Program-made: the position numbers and the translations under genes
Source of the DNA: Sulfolobus acidocaldarius DSM 639
GTDB taxonomy: Archaea; Thermoproteota; Thermoprotei_A; Sulfolobales; Sulfolobaceae
Assembly: GCF_000012285.1 (NCBI RefSeq)
Contig: NC_007181.1
Coordinates: 1,980,001 to 2,012,000 of the forward strand
Length of the DNA stretch: 32,000 nucleotides
Direction: 5' to 3'
The notes under the pieces: model-generated
Seen by the model: only the letters and a program-made list of their open reading frames with translations
The model's database searches: none
Told to the model about the DNA's origin: nothing
In this document: positions 1-10,336 of the stretch, one piece after another
Layout of the letters: every line of letters begins with the position of its first letter
How positions within the stretch are numbered: the first letter of the stretch is position 1

Positions 1-698
1 GAGCTGCTATGCCTGAGGCTGTTGCCAAGAAATTAAGGGAACTAACTGGACTCGATTATGTAGAGGGTTATGGATTGACAGAGACTATGTCTCAAACACA
101 TGTGAATCCACCACATAGACCAAAACTTCAATGTCTAGGAATTCCCCACTTCGGTGTAGATGCCCTAGTTGTGGATGCCTCAACTGGAGAAGTCCTTCCA
201 CCAAATAAGGAAGGAGAAATTGTGGTCAAATGTCCTAGTCTCTTTAAAGGTTATTGGAGAAAAGAAGAAGAGACTAGAAAATCCTTTATCACAATAAATG
301 GTACTGAATATTTTAGAACTGGAGACCTAGGCTACATGGACGACGAGGGTTATTTCTTTATTGTTGATAGAGTGAAAAGAATGATAAATAGAGCAGGTTT
401 TAAGGTGTGGCCTACAAAGGTAGAGAACAAATTATACCAACACCCAGCCATATTGGAGGCATGCGTAGTTTCGACACCTGACCCTAGAGTAGGTGAGGAA
501 GTAAAGGCTTATGTAGTGTTGAGACCTGAGTTTAGAGGTAAAGTTACCGAGGAGGATATTATAAAGTGGAGTAAGGAGCACATGAGTGCTTATGAGTACC
601 CTAGAGTTGTAGAGTTTGTGGACTCACTGCCTAAAAGCGGTTCTGGAAAAATATTATGGAGGGTCCTGCAGGATAAGGAGAAGAATAAGTCCCATTGA
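1..698 (+). CDS. AMP-dependent acyl-CoA synthetase/ligase, C-terminal portion (5' end lies upstream of the window)
   Basis: The frame is open to the window edge. It carries adenylate-forming-enzyme motifs GYGLTET, TGDLGYMDDEGYFFIVDRVKRMI and the terminal PKSGSGKILWR lysine motif. Confidence 0.9.
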   Translation, partial: AAMPEAVAKKLRELTGLDYVEGYGLTETMSQTHVNPPHRPKLQCLGIPHFGVDALVVDASTGEVLPPNKEGEIVVKCPSLFKGYWRKEEETRKSFITINGTEYFRTGDLGYMDDEGYFFIVDRVKRMINRAGFKVWPTKVENKLYQHPAILEACVVSTPDPRVGEEVKAYVVLRPEFRGKVTEEDIIKWSKEHMSAYEYPRVVEFVDSLPKSGSGKILWRVLQDKEKNKSH

Positions 699-1116
699 GG
701 AGTGGTCTTATTTAGCCTAAAAATAATCTTATCATGACATATGTCCCGTTCTTGCCACTGTATTAGATGCCACTGCACCTATAAGAGTCGTAAAGAGTGA
801 CATGAAAACAATAACCCTGAAATTCCACCTGATTTAATGCGTTAAGAGATAGTTCAATGGTAGCCACAACAAGCCCTGTTTCTCTCCTGTGGATCATTCC
901 CAGTGCAACAGCGTTAGCAGTCTTCAAGTTCTCAGTGAAAAAGGTAAGCAAAAGGAAATACACCTAAGTACTTGAATAGTGATGCGATTCCAGTGAGCTC
1001 TAATAGAAGTAACAGGATATTCATATTAAATATCCTCAAATCCACTTGCGCCCCGGTAACTACAAAGAAAAGAGATCCGAAGATACATTATAATACATTA
1101 GTTTCCTCCTTTACCT

Positions 1117-1592
1117 TTATTGTATGTAATTTATTGCAGGGATATTCTCTTGGATAGTGTATATTGAGACAACAAGTGAGATAATGCTAGTTAATTTTTC
1201 TAATGTGAGCTCTTTTTCCTTTTTCCTTGTTCTCTCGACAGGTATCCTGACTAATGAAAAGCTATCTGAAACTGAAATTAAGAGATAGCTTAGTAATGTA
1301 AGACCGTCTAGGAGTAGGAAAGTTGAATATGTCCCGAAAAAGTGTATGGAGACGATAACGAGAATAAAGCAAATTGTAGCAAAGAGACTTCAGCGTTAGA
1401 TGGTCTGTTGTCACGACTTTTGAATAGGAAACTAGGCATAAAATTGTTTTGAGACATGGAGAACATAATTCTTGACACTGTTATTATATATGCAATACCA
1501 CCTAAAACACCTCCGTTAAGTGCCGAAAAAATAAGGTAAATAAATTGAATGGCAAGGAGTCCCTTATCAATTGAAGACCAATATAAAACTAT
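1117..1592 (-). pseudogene. Remnant of an APC-family amino-acid permease (C-terminal third only, one frame change, 5' part missing)
   Basis: The minus strand reads ..LIFSALNGGVLGGIAYIITVSRIMFSMSQNNFMPSFLFKSRDNRPSNAEV (stop at 1308). After a 1-nt frame change near 1385-1395 it reads SLFATICFILVIVSIHFFGTYSTFLLLDGLTLLSYLLISVSDSFSLVRIPVERTRKKEK.. to a stop at 1117. The SR-x-(M/L)-(F/Y)-x-M-x-x-(D/N)-x-x-(M/L)-P-x-F signature followed by two TM helices is typical of APC permeases. There is no room for the ~300 N-terminal residues before the neighbouring gene end at 1675. Confidence 0.5.
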
Positions 1593-1674
1593 CTAATAAT
1601 AATATCTTTATTTGAACCGTGTAATTCTATTTCTCACGACATTTGGGCTAGAGTAAAAGAGCGAAAATATAACA

Positions 1675-2622
1675 TCACTTAACTACTCTGTTAACTAATA
1701 TTCCTATTTTTTCTATATAAAGTTCGACTAAACTTCCTGGTCTCAACAGTCTTCCATTGTCAAGCCCACAACAACCAGATATAGTCCCAGACCCAAATAT
1801 ATCTCCTGGTCTAATGTACTCGTCTTGAGATACGTATGAAATCATGTCCTCAAAGCTCCATTGCATATCCTCAGCCTTAGTATCACACCACTTCTCCCCA
1901 TCCACACTAGCATATGCCCTAAGCCCCTTAATCTCGCCCACTTCATCTTTAGTCACGATCCATGGTCCCAGACCGTTTGCAAAATCCTTCCCCTTTGCAG
2001 GACCTAACAAACAGGTCATTTCCCTCATCTGAATATCTCTAGCACTGAAGTCATTAAAGATAGTATAACCTAAAATATAGTCTCTTGCCTTCCTCTTCTC
2101 TATATTTACTCCTTTCCTGTAGACTATAGCTCCAATCTCTAGCTCAAAATCCAGTGCATTTGAGTAAGAGGGCCAAGGCACATTCTCCATATGACCATAA
2201 AATGCAGCAGGATCGCCTTTATAATATATTGGAATCTTGAACCACTCTTCAGGAATTTGTTGCCCTCTCCTCTTATAACTTGCCTCAACATGACCCCTAA
2301 AAGCTAAGAAATCTCTAACCGTATTAGCCCTTTGTAATGGTGCCTTAAGTTTAACTTCATCGATCTTTAACAGGAGCTCCTCTCTATTCCTAACCCAGCC
2401 GATCAAGTTACTAATCAATTCCATTGCCCTTTCTCCAGCTTGAATTACACCCAACATATCAGATGGGACTAACGCATTGCAGAATCTCTCTACAAAAATT
2501 TCATCTTCTCCTCTTTCTAAGTAGAACTCATAGCATGAATTATTGAGATCGGCAATGTATTTATCGTCAACAATTACACCGCTCCTTACCCTACCTTGAC
2601 TCAAATAACTAACGAGTTTCAT
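1675..2622 (-). CDS. Fumarylacetoacetate hydrolase (FAH) family protein
   Basis: 315 aa. FAH-fold C-terminal domain motifs are present: ELEIGAIV, FNDFSARDIQ and PGDIFGSGTISG. Confidence 0.85.
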   Translation of the reverse strand: MKLVSYLSQGRVRSGVIVDDKYIADLNNSCYEFYLERGEDEIFVERFCNALVPSDMLGVIQAGERAMELISNLIGWVRNREELLLKIDEVKLKAPLQRANTVRDFLAFRGHVEASYKRRGQQIPEEWFKIPIYYKGDPAAFYGHMENVPWPSYSNALDFELEIGAIVYRKGVNIEKRKARDYILGYTIFNDFSARDIQMREMTCLLGPAKGKDFANGLGPWIVTKDEVGEIKGLRAYASVDGEKWCDTKAEDMQWSFEDMISYVSQDEYIRPGDIFGSGTISGCCGLDNGRLLRPGSLVELYIEKIGILVNRVVK

Positions 2623-2677
2623 AGTAAATTAATAAGTCTAAATAAATAATAAATATTGTCATTTTATACTATAAATT

Positions 2678-3595
2678 ATGATTGAATATAAGTTAGAAAG
2701 AGTGAGCGATAATGCTTATGCATTTATACAAGGTAATGGTGACTGGTTTTTGAGTAATACAGGATTTATTGTGGGTAAGGACTTCGTAGTAGTTATTGAC
2801 TCCTTGACAAGTGAAAAACCGACCAAGGTATTTAAGGAAGAGATGAGGAAAATAATAGGAGATAAACCTGTAAAGTATCTAATAAACACACATGAACACG
2901 GAGACCACATCTGGACTAACCATCTGTTTAATGCCACAACAATATCTCATAAAAATTGTAGACGGACCACTATAGAAGGTATGAAAAGTGGAGTAAATCC
3001 CTATGAACACATATTTAAGGAAGTAGATTTCACGGGTTGGAAATATACTCCCCAAGACGTAACGGTTGAAAGTGAAATGAGTCTATGGGTAGACAAGGAC
3101 AAGGAGATCAAGATAATTCATCCTGGATTTGCCCACACAAGAAGCGATCTATTCATCTACTTTCCTGACGAAAAGGTAGTATTCACGGGAGATCTTCTGT
3201 TTTCTCCTCCATGTACACCTTTCGCCTTAATGGGCTACTTACAGGGTTACATTAAAACTCTTGAAGATTTGGCTAGTTTAGATGCTGACGTTTACATACC
3301 TGGACATGGAGGAATAGCGTATGACAGGAAACCCCTTTACGAGGCTAGAGATTACCTAATATTTGTGAGAGATGAGGCTAGAAAACTCATGAAACGAGGT
3401 ATTGAGGATCCAGTAGTAGCGTCAAAGGAGGTTAGCCTTGGGAAATATGACTCTTGGCTGTCAAAAGAGAGGATAGTCGGAAATATGGCTAGAGCCTATA
3501 GTGAGCTAAAGGGTGGATTACCGGCATCCCCACTCAAGGACATGGAGAGGATAATCATGGAGATGATGAAGCTTAGACAGGGTAAAACCTCTTGA
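2678..3595 (+). CDS. Metallo-beta-lactamase fold hydrolase
   Basis: 305 aa. It has the HxHxDH zinc motif (THEHGDH) and downstream His/Asp (HPGFAHTRSD, TGD, PGHG). Confidence 0.9.
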   Translation: MIEYKLERVSDNAYAFIQGNGDWFLSNTGFIVGKDFVVVIDSLTSEKPTKVFKEEMRKIIGDKPVKYLINTHEHGDHIWTNHLFNATTISHKNCRRTTIEGMKSGVNPYEHIFKEVDFTGWKYTPQDVTVESEMSLWVDKDKEIKIIHPGFAHTRSDLFIYFPDEKVVFTGDLLFSPPCTPFALMGYLQGYIKTLEDLASLDADVYIPGHGGIAYDRKPLYEARDYLIFVRDEARKLMKRGIEDPVVASKEVSLGKYDSWLSKERIVGNMARAYSELKGGLPASPLKDMERIIMEMMKLRQGKTS

Positions 3596-3934
3596 CAACA
3601 GAAGGAGAAGATAGAATATATTAACTATATGTACCCTGATTCTGACACAATTGTTGGTTGTAGTCTGTGTAAACACGTGATTTTAGAATAAGAATTTAGC
3701 CCTACTATATCTAAGCTGAAAGGAACGTTATCTATAACTATCGCTAACGTAATTTAGTTACACTTGAATTCCTCACAGTTTATCTAATTGAAAATTACTC
3801 AAATAGTTTAGCATGGATTCCTCCTTTTACAGGCTAAGATCAGTGGCTTTTAAAAACTTTCGAAAGATGTATTTTTTGCATTTATATTGATAATTTAAAT
3901 GGAATGACTAGCCATAACTTTACCGGAAATAGAA

Positions 3935-4822
3935 ATGGTGGCAAATTTAGACGCTTTATTTCTCGGAATAGTATTCTTGATTGCTTCTATACCTGTTGGA
4001 GGTATAGGATATGGGTTCTCTGCGGTATCCACGCCAATTCTCTTGATCGATTACTCACCTAAACAAATTTCCCCTATACTTAACTTTATCGAGCTCTTTC
4101 AGAATTCTTCAAATGTTATAATAAACTCTGGGAAATATACACTTAAGAGAGAAATAATACTTTTTGTAGTGTTCGCAAGTCCTGGTCTGGCTATAGGATC
4201 GATTCTGGGTTCCTATTTACTTAAAACCTTAGGAGGAACAAGTCCTCAGCTAAAAATATTAATATACGTAATCTTAATTCCCTTAATTTTACTACAGGCT
4301 TATGGTTTTAGAAGGTCTTTTACATTAAAATCGTGGAAATATTTAGGCTCCATCATCACACTACTGATCGGATGCCTCTATGGAGTAACCACAATAAGTG
4401 GTCCACCTTTGGCATTAATAGTTAACAATCAGGGTTTAAGTAAGGAAGAATATAGATTTGCTATCTCGTTACTTAGAGTGGTAGAGAGTTATACAACGTT
4501 CACCTCATATCTTACCTTAGGAATATTCTCTCCAGCAGTGATTTATTATTCCATCCTGACTTCTCCAGCAATCATAGGAGGGATGGCTATTGGATACTTT
4601 CTGAGCTCAAGAGTCAGAGTAAAGGAGGACTTCAGGAGAGTGGCTATGAGTTTTGACGCGTATGTAACGGGCTTTGGTCTATCTAATAACTTAGTTGGAA
4701 TACTCTCTAACAGTCTCGTTGTATGCTATATACCTTTCTTCGTAACGGTTTTGATAGACTTAATATTATTACGCAGGTATGTGAAAGTTCAAAGACCTAA
4801 GTACAAAACTCAGAATTCATAA
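3935..4822 (+). CDS. Polytopic membrane protein, TauE/SafE (DUF81)-like anion exporter
   Basis: 295 aa with about 8 hydrophobic helices. Glycine-rich TM motifs are internally duplicated (VGGIGYGFSAVSTPILL and LYGVTTISGPPLALIV), as in the TauE/SafE family. Confidence 0.5.
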   Translation: MVANLDALFLGIVFLIASIPVGGIGYGFSAVSTPILLIDYSPKQISPILNFIELFQNSSNVIINSGKYTLKREIILFVVFASPGLAIGSILGSYLLKTLGGTSPQLKILIYVILIPLILLQAYGFRRSFTLKSWKYLGSIITLLIGCLYGVTTISGPPLALIVNNQGLSKEEYRFAISLLRVVESYTTFTSYLTLGIFSPAVIYYSILTSPAIIGGMAIGYFLSSRVRVKEDFRRVAMSFDAYVTGFGLSNNLVGILSNSLVVCYIPFFVTVLIDLILLRRYVKVQRPKYKTQNS

Positions 4823-4988
4823 GAATAAAACCACCTCTAAGTGAACTTCAATTTTATAGTATATAGCAACATACACGTTCTCCACCTCTTTATATACACA
4901 TACCGATAAAACCTGTTACATCATTTAGGGAAGGAAATTATCGAAATAATGAATTTATTAATGTTATTAATAAAAGTATATAGGTACT

Positions 4989-5945
4989 ATGCAGTACACA
5001 ATACATGCGATAACTCACAACAAGTGGGATAACTCATTACAACCAGTTCTTAAGGTCTCTGATGGAGATGTGATCACGTTAGAGACTAAAGAGGCATCTG
5101 ACGGACAGGTGACTCCATCCTCTAGTGTTCAGGACTTACTGAAATTAGATTTTTCTAGGATACACCCCCTCACTGGACCTATAGAGGTCATAGGAGCTGA
5201 GCCTGGGGACGCATTAGAGGTAGAGTTTCTGGACTTCCGAAATAAGGGATGGGGGTGGACGGGAGTACTTCCTGGATTTGGGTTTTTGGCTGACGAACAG
5301 TACACGTCTCCCATAGATGTTTTAGGTCCTGCTCTTAAGATATGGAAAGCAGATGATAAGTACGCTTATGCAAAATTTGGTGATTTAGAGGTTTCAGTCC
5401 CATTACACCCATTCCCTGGAGTAATAGGTGTAGCTTTACCTCAAAGGGGAAGATTCAGTACTATCCCGCCAAGGGAAAATGGAGGAAACATGGACATTAA
5501 GCACCTAACGATTGGCACAAAACTCTACCTTCCGGTATTCGTTAATGGGGCGTTGCTCTCGGTGGGTGATACTCATTTAGCTCAAGGAGACGGAGAGGTA
5601 TGTGGAACAGCTATTGAAGGTCCAATGGAGGTTACAATTAAGATCAGACTACTGAAAAACGTGGGTCTCAGTCAACCTGTGTTTATCACAAAAAGGGTAA
5701 AGGAAATGGAGTTTAATGAATATATAGCATTTCCGGGTATAGATAGAGATCTGTGGATTGCATCAAAAAAGGCAGTGAGGGGGATTATATCCATACTATC
5801 TAAATATATGACACCTGTAGAGGCGTATATGTTAGCTAGTACGGTTGTCAATTTAAGGGTGAGCGAAGTAGTTGATGTTCCCAATTGGATAGTAACAGCT
5901 TACCTACCCAAAGACGTACTAGGGAGGGATATACAGTTAGTTTAA
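4989..5945 (+). CDS. Acetamidase/formamidase family protein (FmdA/AmdA)
   Basis: 318 aa. Characteristic segments are GPIEVIGAEPGDALEVEF and NGGNMDIKHL..LYLPVFVNGALLSVGDTHLAQGDGEVCGTAIE. Confidence 0.9.
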   Translation: MQYTIHAITHNKWDNSLQPVLKVSDGDVITLETKEASDGQVTPSSSVQDLLKLDFSRIHPLTGPIEVIGAEPGDALEVEFLDFRNKGWGWTGVLPGFGFLADEQYTSPIDVLGPALKIWKADDKYAYAKFGDLEVSVPLHPFPGVIGVALPQRGRFSTIPPRENGGNMDIKHLTIGTKLYLPVFVNGALLSVGDTHLAQGDGEVCGTAIEGPMEVTIKIRLLKNVGLSQPVFITKRVKEMEFNEYIAFPGIDRDLWIASKKAVRGIISILSKYMTPVEAYMLASTVVNLRVSEVVDVPNWIVTAYLPKDVLGRDIQLV

Positions 5946-6064
5946 AATTACGTTATTAAGCAAAGATCTAGTGCAGTGATCCTATCGAAAAGAAATTTCT
6001 GAACAGGATAATGATAAACTAAAAATTTTTTCTCTTGGCTTTCCCAAATCTCTCCAACTTATTT

Positions 6065-6532
6065 CTAATATATTCTTTTTACGTATTTAGAATGAATTTC
6101 TCTGAATCCCATTTTCTTGTAGAAAGATGAGGCGATTACGTTTCTTGAAGGGAAATTAGCTGATAGTAATTGAATTCCCCTCTTCTCTAACTCCTCTTCA
6201 ATAAAACTAATTATATCCTTTCCCACTCCTTGCCTCCTGTATGCAGGATGAACGTAAAACTCCTCTATTATTGCCTCCCTATCAGGGAAGTAGAAGATCC
6301 TCTCATGCACCACAACCCTTGCAGTACCGACAATTTTACCATTGTCCTCGGCTACTACAATAATTTCGTCTGGATTTTCAAGGCTCTTGTCCACGCTCTT
6401 TGACACTCTCTCCTCCAGATTCTCCGGATTACTCAACAGGGGGTCAAATTCACTATTCAACCTATACATCCTGCTGAAGAAGTCCACAATGGTTTTTGTA
6501 TCTTCTTTTTTAGCCAGTCTTATGCTGACCAT
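6065..6532 (-). CDS. GNAT family N-acetyltransferase
   Basis: 155 aa. It has the acetyl-CoA binding motif [22 protein letters not shown]. Its start overlaps the upstream malic enzyme gene end by 13 nt, so the two are likely co-transcribed. Confidence 0.9.
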   Translation of the reverse strand: MVSIRLAKKEDTKTIVDFFSRMYRLNSEFDPLLSNPENLEERVSKSVDKSLENPDEIIVVAEDNGKIVGTARVVVHERIFYFPDREAIIEEFYVHPAYRRQGVGKDIISFIEEELEKRGIQLLSANFPSRNVIASSFYKKMGFREIHSKYVKRIY

Positions 6533-7803
6533 GTTGTTACCACCAAACCCATTATTTTCCTAGCCCTTAATATTCTCTGCTTCGCTATTTCCCTAAATTC
6601 TTCCCTACTCTTGTTATTTCTCGCTAAGCCTAACTCCACTGCTTTACTTGCTATTGCAGAGGCTACCTCATAATAAGCCTCCCATTCGTCCATCCTTGGA
6701 ATAATGTAGTTTTCATTAATACCTTTTCTCCTTGCAAACTCAGCCAAAGCCTCTGATGCTGAAATTACCATCTTATCCGTCACACTTTTAGCCCTACTGT
6801 CTAAGACTCCCCTAAACACAGCTGGAAATATTAATGAGTTATTCACCTGGTTAGGGAAATCACTCCTACCTGTGGCTACTATTTTCGCTCCTGCCTCTTT
6901 AGCGTCTTGAGGTAATATCTCAGGTATTGGGTTTGCCAGAGCAAAGACTATCGCGTTCTTATTCATCACGCTTACCCATTCTTTCTTTATAACGTTTGGA
7001 CCTGGAGTTGAAGCCGAAATAACTACATCAGCCCCACTGAATGCGTCCTTAATCTCCTTGACCTCATAGCCATTTGTCTTTACAGCTAACTCGTATTTCC
7101 ATCTATGATGTAACATTAAGTGGTCAATGTCTTCCCTTGTCGAGTATAATGGTCCCTTACTGTCTATCATTATCATATTCTCTAGTTTAAAACCGTACTC
7201 AGCCAATATTCTAGCCGTAGCTATATTTGAAGCCCCTGCGCCGTATAATACAACTTTGCTTTCCTTTGGATCTTTATTTGTCAGTATCATCGCGTTTATT
7301 AGCCCGGCTAAGATTGCACCGGCTGTGCCCTGTTGGTCATCATGCCAAACAGGTATTTCCAACATTGATTGCAACTTCTCAAGGATGTAGAAACACTTTG
7401 GAGACTCTATATCCTCTAGGTTTATACCCCCAAATGAGGTTTCTAGTGCTTTAACCACTGAAATGAATTCATCAGCACTCTTTACGTTTATTGGCAATGG
7501 TATTGCATCAACTCCGCCCAAATATTTGAACAGTAGTGATTTTCCTTCCATAACAGGCATTGCCGCTGTGGGACCGATCCTACCCAAGCCCAATACCCTT
7601 GTACCATCTGTAACTACTGCAATTGTATTCCATCTGCTTGTCAGCTCAAAGCTCTTCTCAGGATCTTTATATATAGCCTTAGATACCTCAGCTACGCCAG
7701 GAGTGTAAATAAGGGAAAAGTCATCATACGAAGTTATCGGAATCTTTGGATATATTTCAATTTTTCCCTCGTACTTTTTTGATAATTCTACAGGATCTTT
7801 CAT
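6520..7803 (-). CDS. NAD(P)-dependent malic enzyme (malate dehydrogenase, oxaloacetate-decarboxylating)
   Basis: 427 aa. Malic enzyme motifs are present: [36 protein letters not shown] and GAGASNIA (Rossmann). Confidence 0.95.
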   Translation of the reverse strand: MKDPVELSKKYEGKIEIYPKIPITSYDDFSLIYTPGVAEVSKAIYKDPEKSFELTSRWNTIAVVTDGTRVLGLGRIGPTAAMPVMEGKSLLFKYLGGVDAIPLPINVKSADEFISVVKALETSFGGINLEDIESPKCFYILEKLQSMLEIPVWHDDQQGTAGAILAGLINAMILTNKDPKESKVVLYGAGASNIATARILAEYGFKLENMIMIDSKGPLYSTREDIDHLMLHHRWKYELAVKTNGYEVKEIKDAFSGADVVISASTPGPNVIKKEWVSVMNKNAIVFALANPIPEILPQDAKEAGAKIVATGRSDFPNQVNNSLIFPAVFRGVLDSRAKSVTDKMVISASEALAEFARRKGINENYIIPRMDEWEAYYEVASAIASKAVELGLARNNKSREEFREIAKQRILRARKIMGLVVTTWSA

Positions 7804-7825
7804 GTTGTAGATTATTGCTAAAGGA

Positions 7826-7834
7826 TTATAAATA
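7826..7834 (-). promoter_or_regulatory. TATA box for the malic enzyme/GNAT operon (leaderless geometry)
   Basis: The minus strand reads TATTTATAA, centred about 27 nt upstream of ATG 7803. Confidence 0.5.
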
Positions 7835-8170
7835 GATTGTTCTTAACATTTTAGACATTAGGAAATTTAACATGTTTGAAACTTTAATTACCTCTCGTTC
7901 CTTACTCTGTATACTTTTAAACCCACCATACCATCAAAATTAGAACAGAAAAGCCCAGTAGAGTACATAATGGACGTCAACTGACTATTTTTCAATTCAA
8001 TCAGGTCTGCCCAAAACCTTAGTGTATTCCCTGTATAATGTGTTGTTAAGTCTTAAAACACACACTAAAGAAATCCAATCGTCTAGTTCTCAAGACCTCT
8101 CCTTCATAGCCTGTATGTCTGAGACATGAATATTTAGATTAATATGTGACTATTTTGGAATGGAATTAAT

Positions 8171-8180
8171 TTTTATATAT
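8171..8180 (+). promoter_or_regulatory. TATA box for the S9 peptidase gene (leaderless geometry)
   Basis: TTTTATATAT is centred about 27 nt upstream of ATG 8203. Confidence 0.5.
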
Positions 8181-8202
8181 TTATTTTAACATTAATTAAA
8201 AC

Positions 8203-9927
8203 ATGAATTACACAGAAATTATAAAAGGATTAGAGAGACTGGTAAAGATACCCGAATACCATGTGCTAGGAAAACTCAGGGATAATTTAGTCTTCTTCTC
8301 CACGGCTCAAGGTGTAACTAATATCTCTGCACTAATCAACACAAGAGTTGTTAGACTCACAAAGGAGCCCATAAGCTTTCCGTCTACTCCGAAGTCACAT
8401 CTCGATTTCTTAGTTTTTGCCAGAGATATTGAGAGAGGGAAGGAAAAACATGCAGTCTATGCCTGTAATTTAAAGGGAGAGGAGTATGAAATAGCATCTC
8501 CAAGAGTAAGGATAATGAGTGTTGCTTATGATGATAAAAATGTTGCTTTTGTGGGCTCAAGTGAAGACGGGACATATCTGTATGTAATTGAGGGAGGAAA
8601 ACTAAAGAAACTAAATGACGTTCCACCGTTTTCGTTTGTGACAGACATTGAAGCTAATCATATCACAGGAGTATCAGTAGTTAGCCCAAGATCTCAAGAT
8701 TTCTTCATTGCTGATCTAAGTGGAGAGCTGAAGATCTTAACACCTAAGCAGGGTAGTGTGAATCAACCGTATAGGATAAAAGGGAATAAAGTTTACTTAG
8801 CGAGCGACTATGAGAACATTGGTGAGAGTTACTGGATATATACGTATGATTTAGCTTCCAACACTTATGAGAGAGTGGATTTTCCAGAAAGAGATATCTA
8901 TCAATATAAGCCTGTGGAGATATTTTATGACCCTGAGGATAAGTTAATAATTAGTAAGAGGGATGGAAGAGAAAATTTGTTTTTGAACGGTAAACTGATT
9001 AATACTGTTCCTGGAACCCTAACTGGAGCTACAGTAATTGATAATTACATTTACTTTTCACACTCCTCATTGGTTTCACCACATAAAATATACAGGGTAG
9101 ATAAGGAGGGTGGTAAGGTTGATGTTGTGGTTGATAATGAAGAGCATGTAGATCTGGGACAAGTGGAATATGTGAAAATACAGAGTTATGATAAAGTAGA
9201 AGTCCCTACATGGATTATAAAGTCTAAAGCGGGAAAAGTTCCTAGCACAGCAGTAGTGTATGTGCATGGTGGACCATGGGGAGAAATTGATGATAGGTGG
9301 AATTCAATAATTTCCTCATTACTTCTATTTGGATATCATGTTGTAACACCTAACTTCAGGGGGTCAACCGGATATGGGAGTAAGTTTTACTTAATGGATA
9401 TTGGAGATCCTGGAGGTGGTGATTTGATGGATGTGGTTAAGGTAAGGGATTACATCGTAGGAAAAAAGATAGCCGAAAAAGTGGGAGTTATGGGTTATAG
9501 TTACGGCGGTTATATGACATTATTGGCACTGGGAAGAGAACCTGATAAATGGGATTTTGGTATGGCAGGAGCCTCAGTAGCGGACTGGATTGAGATGTAT
9601 GAATTATCTGACTCTACATTTAAGGGGTTCATAGAGCTACTCTTCAATGGAAAGAATTTAGACTTAATGAAAGAGAGATCTCCTATCACTTACGTTAACA
9701 ACGTTAAGGCTCCTGTATGTATTATACATTCACAAAACGATAGTAGAACCTTTCTCAGCCCTGTAATAAGGTATGTCCAAGAGCTACATAAAGCTGGGAA
9801 GAGTTTTGAGTTTCACGTTGTCCCTGATGCAGGTCATGCAGACTACACTGTGGACGATCTCATAAATTTTACACTGCCTGCAATTATGTTCCTAGAGAAG
9901 TTGCGTAAAAAGTGGGAGGAAAACTAG
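8203..9927 (+). CDS. S9 family serine peptidase (acylaminoacyl-peptidase / dipeptidyl-aminopeptidase-like)
   Basis: 574 aa. An N-terminal beta-propeller-like region is followed by a C-terminal alpha/beta hydrolase with HGGPW, nucleophile elbow GYSYGGYM, and Asp (SQNDSR) and His (DAGHA) triad contexts. Confidence 0.9.
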   Translation: MNYTEIIKGLERLVKIPEYHVLGKLRDNLVFFSTAQGVTNISALINTRVVRLTKEPISFPSTPKSHLDFLVFARDIERGKEKHAVYACNLKGEEYEIASPRVRIMSVAYDDKNVAFVGSSEDGTYLYVIEGGKLKKLNDVPPFSFVTDIEANHITGVSVVSPRSQDFFIADLSGELKILTPKQGSVNQPYRIKGNKVYLASDYENIGESYWIYTYDLASNTYERVDFPERDIYQYKPVEIFYDPEDKLIISKRDGRENLFLNGKLINTVPGTLTGATVIDNYIYFSHSSLVSPHKIYRVDKEGGKVDVVVDNEEHVDLGQVEYVKIQSYDKVEVPTWIIKSKAGKVPSTAVVYVHGGPWGEIDDRWNSIISSLLLFGYHVVTPNFRGSTGYGSKFYLMDIGDPGGGDLMDVVKVRDYIVGKKIAEKVGVMGYSYGGYMTLLALGREPDKWDFGMAGASVADWIEMYELSDSTFKGFIELLFNGKNLDLMKERSPITYVNNVKAPVCIIHSQNDSRTFLSPVIRYVQELHKAGKSFEFHVVPDAGHADYTVDDLINFTLPAIMFLEKLRKKWEEN

Positions 9928-10095
9928 TAATGAAGGGAACTGCATACTGAAGGAGAGAAGCTTTTATATTTTATAATGATCATACCTTAATAATAATTTA
10001 GATCGTATTACTTTTTAAATATTATACAAAAAGTTTAAAAGAATAATTTCGATTACCTCTCTAAAATCTTATTTGGTTAGTACTAGAGATTATCA

Positions 10096-10336
10096 TATGG
10101 GTAGAACGCAACCGTCATTTACCAGAGCAGTTGACGCCGAGTTAGCCAAGCTCCTTAGACTTAGTGAGAGAATTGGTTATCCGTGTTTCAGAGAGGTGAT
10201 AGTAGAGGCTACAAAGAGGGTCAGAGATTTTCAGAGTGCTTTATACGATGAAGTGACAGACCCACAGGAGATAGTCTTTCTTGCGGTAATTTCTGTGTTA
10301 GCTGAAGGTGCTTGTAATGGAAGGCTATCTCGTTGA
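10096..10336 (+). CDS. Small hypothetical protein translationally coupled to dpo2 (80 aa from ATG 10096; 87 aa if TTG 10073)
   Basis: The composition is balanced and charged, as expected for coding sequence. The stop overlaps the PolB2 start (ATG 10317) by 20 nt. I recognise no family. Confidence 0.55.

Noticed and set aside
590-1157. ORFs 590-778(-), 763-963(-) and 972-1157(+)
   Set aside because: The first is antisense to the acyl-CoA synthetase 3' end. The others lie in the decayed region and are better explained as fragments of broken frames than as genes.
1844-2937. Short ORFs 1844-2032(+) and 2716-2937(-)
   Set aside because: They are antisense shadows within the FAH-family and metallo-beta-lactamase genes.
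7127-7708. Three plus-strand ORFs (75-87 aa)
   Set aside because: They are antisense shadows inside the malic enzyme gene. Their products are low-complexity hydrophobic sequences.
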